DNA from: Spirogloea muscicola
Lineage: Eukaryota
Length of the DNA stretch: 20,000 nt
Assembly: GCA_009602725.1 (NCBI GenBank)
Contig: WELB01000002.1
Coordinates: forward strand, 2,108,427-2,128,426
Reading direction: 5' to 3'
This document shows positions 9,398 to 18,804 of the stretch, piece after piece. The notes under the pieces are model-generated. The model made no database searches and had not been told where the DNA came from. It saw only the letters and a list, made by a program, of their open reading frames with translations. The position numbers and the translations under genes are program-made. Numbering within the stretch: position 1 is the first letter of the stretch; each line of letters begins with the position of its first letter.

Positions 9398-10242
9398 GTT
9401 GAACTGCCGTGTTGGGTGGGCCGTTGCACGTCCATGCAACGGATTGCCAGCGCTCTTGCGCACCAGATGCATCGCGGCATCGGTCTCTTGCGCATGCGGC
9501 CGTCCGCACGGATCTGGGCAATGTGGGCACGGTGCTCCTCGCACATCCTCTCAAGGAGGCGGTATAGCCCCTGCGGAACTGGGTCCATGGCAGCCTGGAC
9601 TGCCGCCAGGTCCTGCGTGAGGAGTGCAACGCGTTGCGGATCCCCAGCCGACAAGCCCTCCTGGTCTCCGGCTCCCAGCTCGGCGTGCCCCTCTTGGGCG
9701 TGCCCCTCGTGAGCGTGCCTCGCTTTGGCGTGCCCCGCTTGGGCGTGCCCTTCTTGGGCGTGCCCCTCTTGGGCTTGCTCCACAGCAGCCACTGCCTCAA
9801 CAGCTGGCCATGTAGCAGCCGCTGCTTCAGCAGCCGACCGCTCTACCTCTCGAGGAGGGCTCGGCCGCGCACTGGACGTGTGCAGAAATCATGCTGTCTG
9901 AAGAACACTGAGTGATCAAGTCAGGCTCCGGCAGTCAGCAAATCACACACTTCAGACTGCAATACAGGACATCGCGAGACTGGTGCACCAGCAAGCGGGC
10001 CAGCAAGGCAGCGCGCGGTTGCGCGCAACTCCATACCTCAATCAGCAGGCAGGCAGACAGCCACAGACATGACCAGGACCGATGCACTCGATCGATGCTG
10101 GCCACACGACTACCCTTACCACACAAAGGCTGCAAGCTCAAAAGAAGCGAACGCAGCAAGTGGTCCTCAAGGATCAGGCAGTCAGGTTGGAGCTGGTCGC
10201 GGCTGGCTCAGGACGCAGCTCCTGGCGCCCCTGCTGATTCGC
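9398..10242 (-). pseudogene. Leader (without LTR or PBS) and N-terminal gag with GHAQE repeats; continues at 2622 leftwards
   Basis: Reverse complement is collinear with about 4987-5700 and 5880-6060. ORF 9385..9792 reads EGHAQEGHAQAG...GLSAGDPQRVALLTQDL. Confidence 0.88.
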
Positions 10243-10317
10243 ATGACGAGTCGGACGCAGTCTTGCAGCCCGCACTCCAGCATTGATGTTAGCCAACGCA
10301 TCAGCGCCGCGAATGTT

Positions 10318-12250
10318 GCGACTCACAGGGTCCGCAACATTAAGCCGTCCAGGGCAACAAACCCACTGGAAAGTGATTGTGCCATGCATTCAGCCCATCG
10401 AGCTTGAGGCCTAGTCAAATGCTGCTGCGTGTGGTAACATGTCAACGGGCAATGATCCGTGACAACTGTAAATTCCACACTTTCCAGGTAGCAACGCCAG
10501 CCACGTAAGGCGTGCACCACAGCCAGCAATTCCTGCTCGCCCGTAGTGTAATTTCGCTCTGCATGAATCGGCAGGCGACTCTAAATGCCAACGGGTGACC
10601 CTCTTGCAAGAGCACGGCACCAATGCAGCTCAAAGAGCATTGCAGATGAGCTCACATGGCACGCCTTCAAGAGGAAAGGCCAGCACAGGCGGAGATCTCA
10701 GTGCCTGCTGTAATCCCTCAAATGCCCTCTGGCATTCGGACGACCAATCCCAAGGTACGTCCTTACCGGTCAGCTTCTTAAGAGGAAGTGTCAAGTTCCC
10801 ACAGCCTTGTAGGAACTTACGGAAGTAATTCGCGAATCCCACAAAGGAGCGCAATGTAGGTACATTCCGTGGCACAGGCCAATCCCGTACGATCTTAGTC
10901 TTCTTGCGGTCGACACGTATGCCGTCTTTGCCCACGACATGCTCAAGGTATGTTCGCTCTGGCTGGTGAAATGCGCACTTGGACCTCTTGGCATACAGTA
11001 TAATTTCACGCAGCAACTGCAGCACTCGGCGCAGGTGCCTTACGTGATCCTCTGGCGTTTTTCTGAATAACAGTATGTCGTCCAAGTAACTCAGCACAAA
11101 CTCGTAGAGCAGGGGGCCAAAGACCCTTGACATCGTCGCCTGGAACGTAGCCGGTGCATTGGTCAAACCAAAGCTCAGCACCTTGATTTGAAAATTTCCA
11201 AGCGGCGTGCGGAACGCCGACTTTGTAACGTCCGCAGGCGTGACTAGAATTTGGTGATTCCGACTTGCCAGGTCCAGGAGCTAAACACAGTAGCCCCTGC
11301 AAGCCAATCAAAAAGATCATCTTTTCGAGGCAGTGGGTATCGGTTCTTGATGGTAAGCTCGTTCAAAGCCCAATAATCAATGCACATCCGTAGAGTGCCA
11401 TCCTTCTTTCTAACAAAGAGGATAGGTGCTCCGTGCGGCGACTGAGATGGCTCAATGTAGCCCTTCGCCAGCGGATCCTCGACCTGGGATTGCAAATCAC
11501 GAATTTCGAGAGGGCTCAACCGGTACATGGGACGGTACAGCGGGTGAGCGCCTGGCTCCAATGGAATTGTATGAGCTACACCTCGGTGAGGAGGTAGACC
11601 GTCCGGAAGAGAGTCGGGAAAAGCATTAGCAAAATCTTCCAGCAACTTCTGAAGAACCCCGCCATGAGAATTCGCAGCATTCACACACAAGTCAGGCTTA
11701 GACTCGTCACTCAACGCCACCATCACAAGAAATGCCATCTGCACAGTGTTCCTGTGAACCAATTGCTTCATCTGCATGTCGGACAGCAGAATGGAAGCCC
11801 CTGCCGCCAGCTGCGGTGCACAGGGAAGCTTGTTGCAAAGGACAAGGCGCCGTGCGCCACGGTGTACAGTGCAAGTATGGCATTCAAAATCAAGGCATGC
11901 TGAAGTGGCACAAAGCCAGTCATCACGCAATATCACATCAAACGCAGCAGTCAACGCAATGGCGTAACAAGGCACCTCGCTTTTGTATTGCTGTATGCGA
12001 CTGGGAACCTTGCACAGACCCAGCACATCGGTTGGGTGGCCATCGGCCAATGTCACCCTAGGCAAATCCTCTGCTTGCAAATTCAAGCCAGTGGAACACA
12101 CAAATTTCTGGTTGACGAAGGACACTAAGGCCCCTGAGTCCATGAAGATCCTGGCCGGTGCCTCAGCAACCAGCCCCTCAAAAAGCATCGTGTGTCCCCT
12201 ATGGACACTGCTACCAAGAATTGGGGAATGAGCGACATATATCCTGACCC
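10318..12250 (-). pseudogene. pol: Gypsy pol: aspartic protease, reverse transcriptase, RNase H (frameshifted; no integrase follows)
   Basis: Protease [55 protein letters not shown]. RNase [41 protein letters not shown]. Split across ORFs 11244..12389, 10630..11181, 10442..10633, 10323..10529 and 10174..10389. Confidence 0.96.
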
Positions 12251-13080
12251 CTGTCGGGCAAGGCCTAAGCCGAGTGGCATCAACACTACGTCCAAGGAGC
12301 CTGTGTCCTGCGTCGTGCGAGCACAACAGCGACATCCCCAGCGGAGCTCGATCACTTACGCCGCGCTTCTGTGTCACAATGAAGAACACAATCTATTCGG
12401 ACCGACGGCGCTCAGGCCAGCTCAGATAGACATCTGAAGCCATTTGAAATCCTTGTAGGCAACCCACACAATAGAGGCCCTCCGGCCTCCAGACCTTGCA
12501 ACAAAGCAGAAATGGATTTGCACACCTGGGACTTTGATTGACGGGCAAGCTATGCCAGCAAGATCAAACGGCTCAACTGCATCTGGCTGAATGAGATGGC
12601 TCGCAGAGGCAAGGTTTAGGCACTCACGCTTGCCCTCGAAGTTGCCCTTGACCCGGCCTGTAGGACGCTGTGGACGTGGCCTTGAGGAAGAGGGGCCGCA
12701 GCGACAGCAGCCACCACCTCCTTCCACTCGCGGCTTCTGGAAGCCGCCTTGGGGACGAAAGTTCAACCCCTCTTTAGGGTGGAGTTTTCTTCTCCCCGCT
12801 CTGCCTCTGCAGCTCCACCTGCCTCAAGCGGGGGACGCTTGCCACGCCCAATGTCCGGCGTGCTGAGCACCTTTCTCGCGTGCTCCACCACCTTCGAAAG
12901 TCGGTAAATGCCTTCGCATTACCCGAGTCCACCGCGACCCACGAGCGCATGTAAGAAGGCAGCCCAGCCTTAAAGCGCAGGCACTGGTCGATTGCCTGCA
13001 TAGGCTCATTTCTCAGCTTGGAGAGTAGCAGCCTGAAGCGTCGCACGTAGGGATCGAAGTTTGCGCCTCGCTCGCCCATG
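12251..13080 (-). pseudogene. C-terminal gag and gag-PR spacer
   Basis: FDPYVRRFRLLLSKLRNEPMQAIDQCLRFKAGLPSYMRSWV, then GCCRCG (second half of the knuckle deleted). Confidence 0.88.
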
Positions 13081-13104
13081 CGTCCTAACGGCGGGAACGT
13101 TACA
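13081..13104 (-). mobile_element. 24-bp stub of a type A 5' LTR
   Basis: Reverse complement TGTAACGTTCCCGCCGTTAGGACG resembles the LTR start at 13852 (TGTAACGTCCCCGCCGTTACGG) and is joined directly to mid-gag. Confidence 0.75.
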
Positions 13105-13271
13105 CACACACTCAGTTGAGTCGCCGCCTCCTGGCGGAGCCTCAGGCTAAGACTTGCGTTGTGTGTTGTAGCAGTGCTTCATGGTAGGGGGTTTGCTTCA
13201 CACCCCCATTGACCGATCCCAATCAGGACGTACTAACCCCTAACTGCGTGTATAGGTATCAGGACGTCACA
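13105..13271 (+). mobile_element. 3' part of a type A 5' LTR
   Basis: Collinear with about 9230-9397, ends GGACGTCACA and is followed by a PBS. Confidence 0.9.
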
Positions 13272-13272
13272 T

Positions 13273-13283
13273 TGGTATCAGAG
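13273..13283 (+). promoter_or_regulatory. Primer-binding site, tRNA-iMet
   Basis: TGGTATCAGAG, 1 nt after the LTR end. Confidence 0.95.
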
Positions 13284-13851
13284 GAATCCTTGCATCTGGC
13301 TAGCCTTGTATGTTGGTGATGATACGCCTGACAATGCAGGGTTCCTTCTGATGCTATGGCATTGACTAGTCTTTTGTGACTTAGACTCTTGCCAGAGTGC
13401 ACCCGTGGATCTGCATCGGCGGGCTGATTGGTGCTGTGAACACTAGACCGCTGCATCCACGCATCCGGGTCGGTCACTGTCAAGTGGTCCTCCACCCCGA
13501 CGGCAATCGTAATTGCCAGGTCTGCATTTCGCCTGCAAAACCACCTGCAATCGGCGGATTGCCTGTCTGTATGACAAGGAGGTGAAACCGACCGCCGCTG
13601 GGCGGCAAACTTCGCCGATGTGCCAGGAACTGGGCCGTAATCCAGTCCTGGCCCCTCGCTCAGATGCTCGTGCTGCTTTGCGTTTTGGGGTATGACTTGC
13701 GTGCTACCATAATTGCTTTGCTTGCCTGGGCACCCCAGCTTGCTCAGCAACATTGTGGTGGTATTGTCTCAGCAATTTTCCTATGCCAATCACTGCCTTG
13801 ATCCCTCAAGTGTGTTGGTGTAAATGCATGTGCTGATTCTAGTAGGCAACC

Positions 13852-14730
13852 TGTAACGTCCCCGCCGTTACGGGCCGCTTCACTTCGAGTTGAGCGCTAA
13901 CGTGTGACCCCTGACGCGCACGCGACTGACGCGTGCGACGCGCATGCAACCCGCGCGCGACGCGCGAGGTGACGCGCGGTGTGACACGCCTGCTGACGAT
14001 GTGACGTGCAGGCCTCTAGAAGAGGCGGCGCATCTTGGGCTCCCAAAGAGAGATTCTCGGCGGGTTTTTGACCGGCCGCCGGGACGCGTGTGGCGCGCCT
14101 ACAGGCCTATGCCGCGCAGAGCGGCGCCGCCGGGTGGCGTCGCAGGGCGCTACCGCTTGGCCGCGCCGCAGGGCGGCGCCGCAAAGCGGCGCCGCGCCGC
14201 AGGACGGCCGCCGCTTCCAGAAGGGAGCCGCATGGCCTGCCCTCGCACTGAACTCCCCTGGTCGGGCACGCCTTCCCGAAGGTGGGCCCTGAGACGAGCC
14301 TCCCAGAGACCCCTGGGGAGGGTGGCACATGAAGCACTACAAGTAGGGCTGAGAGCAGACTCGGGAGGACGGGGTCAACATCAGCGAAGCCCGCGAGAGA
14401 GAGGCGCAGCCCTGCTGCCGCCTGCTGCCGCAGCACCGCCGACGCAGCCCTGCTGCTGCCTGCTGCTGCAGCCCGTCGCCGCATTGTGTCGTCGCGGACC
14501 TTCTTCGGCTCCCCTGTGGTAAGACTGTGACTGCTCCTTCGAGGACAGTTGCTGGCCTGTACCTCAGAGGTGAGTCGCCGCCTGTTGGCGGCGCCTCAGG
14601 GCAAGGTACTCCGCTGCGTGGTACACGTGGTGCTTCACTGTGCTGGGGGTTTTGTCTCTAAACCCCAGCGACCGAAACCAATAGGGACGTCCTAACCCCT
14701 AACTGTGTGTGTAGGGATCAGCACGTCACA
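13852..14730 (+). mobile_element. Solo LTR type A (879 bp)
   Basis: TGTAACGTCCCCG...GCACGTCACA with perfect TSD CAACC (13847-51 / 14731-35). Confidence 0.95.
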
Positions 14731-15039
14731 CAACCTAGTCCTCCTCCTCCGCCGGCAGTACCACCGGCTGCTGTCAAGGAGATGGTGAATGAGATGCCGG
14801 AGCTCCAAGCGCCTGGCGCGAATGGCCTGACACCCGCTGAGGCGCGGCGCCTTGAGTGCCTCAGTGAGCAAGTAGAGGCTGCAATTCCGAGCGGGGATTT
14901 GCTGGTAAATCCCGTATTGAGGGTGTTAAGCAAAGAGGTGCGGTGCGAACACCGAGTACCCATATGGGCGCGGGTGAGCAGCGGGTTCGCCGCCTCGAGG
15001 CGAAAGTAAGCCACGGCGCGCGGCTGGGCCGTGCCCAGC

Positions 15040-16145
15040 TGTAGAGATCCTCGCCCTACACCAGCAGTTAGGGGGAGCCGTCCTTCTCATGTTCGGCTGT
15101 AGGGGGTCAGGGACCAACCCACTACACGTGTAAGGAACCTCGCCCTATACACGCATTTAGGGTGAGCAGTTCTTCTTGAGTTCGGCTGTAGGGGGTTTAG
15201 GGACCTACCCATTACACAGGCAAAGCACTAGCGCATAGGCGCAGCGGAAGACAGGCCCCGTGGCGCCGCCGTCCGGCGGCGACTCCACCTCCTGGGCGCA
15301 GGCCGGCGCAGCAGGCCCCGCAGCAAGGTGCGGCGGCGGCTGCGGCGGCGAGCAGCGGCAAGGCTGCTCCTGGGCTTCACCGGCTCGAACTCCCTCGAGC
15401 CTCAGCCCCAAGGCTCTTCGTGCTTCCCCGTGCCACCCCCCCTCCAGGTGTGTGAGCGGGTCGCCCCATGGCCTGTTAGGCGGCGGGCCAAAGATCCTCC
15501 CTTGAACGGGCGGATCCTAGCGAGGGGTATTTCTGGACGGGCGGGGCCCGCCTCTGGGCTGGCCACTTGCCCGGCAAGCCAGCCCGCCACCTGGGGGGCC
15601 CACTTGTCCCAAATAGCCGGTCATGTAATGCCAATAGAGCCATGTGGCTTAAACAAACGGCTGGTTCATTACAACACGAGTGAAGCACAGCGCATAGGCG
15701 CAGCGGAAGACAGGCCCTGTGGCGCCGCCGTTCGGCGACGACTCCACCTCCTGGGCGCGAGCCGGCGGCTATCCCCCAAGGGGTGCAGCCACGGGCTCAC
15801 TGCAGCAAGCCCTGCAGCAGGCTCCGGCGGCGGCTGTGGCGGCAGCAGCGGCAAGGCTGCTCCTAGGCTTCACCGCTCGAATTAATGTCGGATCGCAGCC
15901 CAAGGCTCGTAGTATTTCTCCCCCGTGCCACCCGCCCCTCCAGGGGTGTGAGCGGGTCGCCCCATAGCCTGCCTTGCGGCTGGCCAAAGATCCTCCCGTG
16001 AATGGGTGGGTCCTAGCAAGGGGAAATTTTGAACGAGCGGGGCCCGCCACCTGGCCACCTGGCGGACCACTTGCCCTCAAACGGCAAAGCGGTCATGTCA
16101 TGCTAACAGCACCGTGTGGCTTAATCAAACGGCTGGATTGTTACA
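15040..16145 (-). mobile_element. Solo LTR type B (about 556 bp net), inverted, interrupted by 15129-15673
   Basis: Reverse complement reads TGTAACAATCCAGCCG...GATCTCTACA. Flanks CCAGC/TAAGC match 3/5, and gag reads through the site. Confidence 0.85.
15129..15673 (-). mobile_element. Solo LTR type B2 (545 bp), inverted, nested in a type B LTR
   Basis: Reverse complement reads TGTAATGAACCAGCCG...GGTTCCTTACA. Perfect TSD ACACG (15124-28 / 15674-78). Confidence 0.94.
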
Positions 16146-17127
16146 TAAGCCGCCGTGCCAGCCTGCCAAGTATGATGGGCAGGGCAGCCTCGCCGCCTAG
16201 CTTCGTGAGATGAACGTGTGGTTCGTGCCGTGTGAAGCACCTGTAGCCTCCCATGTGGGGATCACGACCACGTACCTCACGGCGAATCCTGCTGCAGTGT
16301 GGAAATCCACGAAGTCGTCCTCCACCCCAGAGAGTTTGTACACTTGGGAGTCCTTCACCCGCTCACTCATCATCCTGTACGGAAAGGTGCTCGCGGTGCT
16401 ATACCTGCAATGTTTTCGATGTCATTCGCATGATGTAATTCGCATGGTGGGCGATGATATCGAGGAGTATGTACGACGATTGTTAATTGTTGTTGATGAA
16501 ATGTGCCTCGATGGACGCCAAACGGCTAAGTGTAACGCTTCAAGGCGGGTTTTCCGCACTGCGGAGCAGTGGTGTCCTAGTTGGACAAATGCACGTTCGA
16601 AGCTGTGTCATCCCCTGTGTAATGATCCAGCCGTTTAGTCAAACCACACGGCTCTGTTGGCGTTCCATGACCGGCCATTTGGGGCAAGAGGCCAGCCCAG
16701 GTGCGGGTCCCGCCCGTCCAGAAACACCCCTCGCTAGGATCCACCCGTTCAAGAGAGGATCTTTGGCCCGCTGCAAGGCGAGCCATGGGGCGACCCGCTC
16801 ACACCCCTGGATGGTTTGGCACGGTGAAGCGCGAAGAGCCTTGGGCTGAGGCTCGACAGGAGTTCGAACCGGTGAAGCTCAGGAGCAGCCTTGCCGCTGC
16901 TCGCCGCCGCAGCCGCTGCCGCACTCTGCTGCGGGGCCTGCTGCACCGGCCTGCACCCAGGAGGTGGAGTCGCCGCCGGAGGGCGGCGCCACAGGGCCTG
17001 TCTTCCGCTGCGCCTATGCGCTAGTGCTTTGCCTGTGTAGTGGGTAGGTCCCTAAATTCCCTACAGCCGAACTCAATGAGGACTGCTCGCCCTAATTGCG
17101 TGTGTAGGGGCGAGGTTCTCTACAATT

Positions 17128-17138
17128 TGGTATCAGAG
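17128..17138 (+). promoter_or_regulatory. Primer-binding site, tRNA-iMet
   Basis: TGGTATCAGAG, 3 nt after the LTR end (CTACA, 17124). Confidence 0.95.
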
Positions 17139-17296
17139 GCGGTCTTGCATGCATCGGGCTTGTCATTTTTGTGTGCTTGCTGCTGATAATGCAAGGAGTT
17201 TCCTGATGTGCTGGCTTGACGTTTTCTGTAGAAGATAAAGTGTCTTGCCAGACGTTGGTCCGGGAGGCGCTTCTCGGCAACCCAAGGCTGAACTGA

Positions 17297-18703
17297 GCTG
17301 AGCTCTACGTCCGTATCCATGAAGGGTATGGCACAGACCCATGGTTTGCTGAGGCCGCCTCACGTAAGCACCCTCACTGATGACAAAGGCTTCTGGTGGC
17401 AAGGCGACGCTATTGTGGTCCCGGACTGCAATGCCTTGCGCACAGACATCCTGCAGGAGCGGCATGATCCGCCGTGTACAGTGGTCATCTGGGCGTGAGC
17501 AAGACCAAACAGGCTGTTCAAGGCCTCATTTGGTGAAGGGCTTTTCACCCCAGGTGCGTGCTTTTGTGGCAAGCTGTGCCACATGCCAGCGTAGTAAGGC
17601 AATCTCTGGCAAGCCTGCCGGATCACTTTAGACCTTGCAGATTCCGGAACGGAATTGGTCTGGTGTAATTGTGGATTTATCACACAATTGCCTAAGACGC
17701 GGAACGGCTATGATGCCATTGTCGTCTTTGTGGATCGTCTCAGTAAAATGGTGCGATTTGCTCCCACGACTACGCGGCCATCAGCGAAGGATTTCGCTGG
17801 CATCTTTGTGAATACGGTGTGGAAGCTGCATGTGGTACCTGAGAGGCTGGTCTTGGACCGCGACCCTCGCTTAACAGGTCACTTCTGGAAAGAAGTTTGC
17901 AAGCTCAGTGGCAGGAAGCAGTCCATGTCCACAGCCTTTCATCACAAACGGATGGCCAAACTGAGAATGAATCGGGTTCTCGAGGACATGTTGAGGCACT
18001 TTAGTCAATCCCAGCCAGACTGACTGGGATGAGTATTTAGCTCCAGCTGAATATGCTGTGAACAACGGCTATCATGCGTCCACAAAGGAGACTCCATTCT
18101 TTCAAGTATGGTCAGCATCCCCGAGCTCCACTTCAGATGGGGAGGCTGGAACGAGTTCCCACTGCGGTAGGCATTCCTGGGACCTCCTTGGAGGCTCACG
18201 GATGAGCTCGGCATTCCTTGGAAATTGCCCAGAGTCGTCAGAAGGCTTATGCTGACAAAAATCGGAAGGACGTGTCCTTCGATGTCGGTGCGCAAGTGCT
18301 GCCGAACACGAAGCACTTATCCTTGCGGGCTGTGGCTACGGGCAAGTTGCTGCCCAAGTGGGTTGGACCATTTGCAGTAGTATGCCTTGTGGGCAAGGTG
18401 TCCTACGAGCTGATGACCCCGGTGCTTTGGAAGGTCCATAACGTCTTCCATGTGTCTCAGCTGAAGGCCTTCCTTTCAGATGGCCGTGTCCAACCGCCCC
18501 CACCTCCACTATCTATCGACGATGATCTTAATTTTGAGGTGGAAGAATTCTTGTCTCACAGGGACAGACTCCGAGGGCGTAAGACCCGTGAGTATCTGGT
18601 GAAGTGGCTCGGGTATGGGCCCGAGCACAACACGTGGGAGCCTGCGGCCAATTTGGCAATTGTTCCAGATGCTCTCGGGGAAATACCTGGCCGAGGGTGG
18701 TAA
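17297..18703 (+). pseudogene. Gypsy integrase (HHCC, DDE core, GPF module) with group-I-type chromodomain, frameshifted
   Basis: RIHEGYGTDPWF; IVVPD..LRTDILQERHD; CATCQRSK; FITQLPKT.NGYDAIVVFVDRLSKM; DRDPR; QTDGQTE/MNRVLEDMLRHF; KLLPKWVGPF; VHNVFHVSQLK; FEVEEFLSHR...EYLVKWLGYGPEHNTWEP. Confidence 0.95.
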
Positions 18704-18792
18704 TTATCCTCGGCTTGGTCGAGGCAGCCGCCGTCGGGCATCTTAATACCCGTCGGCTGTTCTCTCTTTGTTCCCGAGGACGTGAACACCAC

Positions 18793-18804
18793 AGTGGGGA
18801 GGTA
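18793..18804 (+). promoter_or_regulatory. Polypurine tract
   Basis: AGTGGGGAGGTA immediately before TGTAATGATCC. Confidence 0.85.

Larger units (their letters stand above)
14731..16617 (+). pseudogene. Divergent gag of the element primed at 13273, in two pieces (14731-15039 and 16146-16617)
   Basis: PSPPPP...GLTPAEARRLECLSEQV resembles GLSAGDLQRVVFLTQDL. After the inserted LTRs it reads PAKYDGQGSLAA*LREMNVWF...TYLT...YTWESFTRSL...IEEYVRRL, a typical gag pattern. Confidence 0.75.

Noticed and set aside
13259..13753. 164-aa minus-strand ORF as an antisense accessory gene
   Set aside because: No recognisable motif, no second copy to show conservation, and it runs through the PBS into the LTR.
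13105..14730. Tiny TRIM-like element formed by LTR 13105-13271, PBS, 570 nt and LTR 13852-14730
   Set aside because: There is no PPT before 13852, the second LTR has its own perfect CAACC TSD, and gag continues after it.
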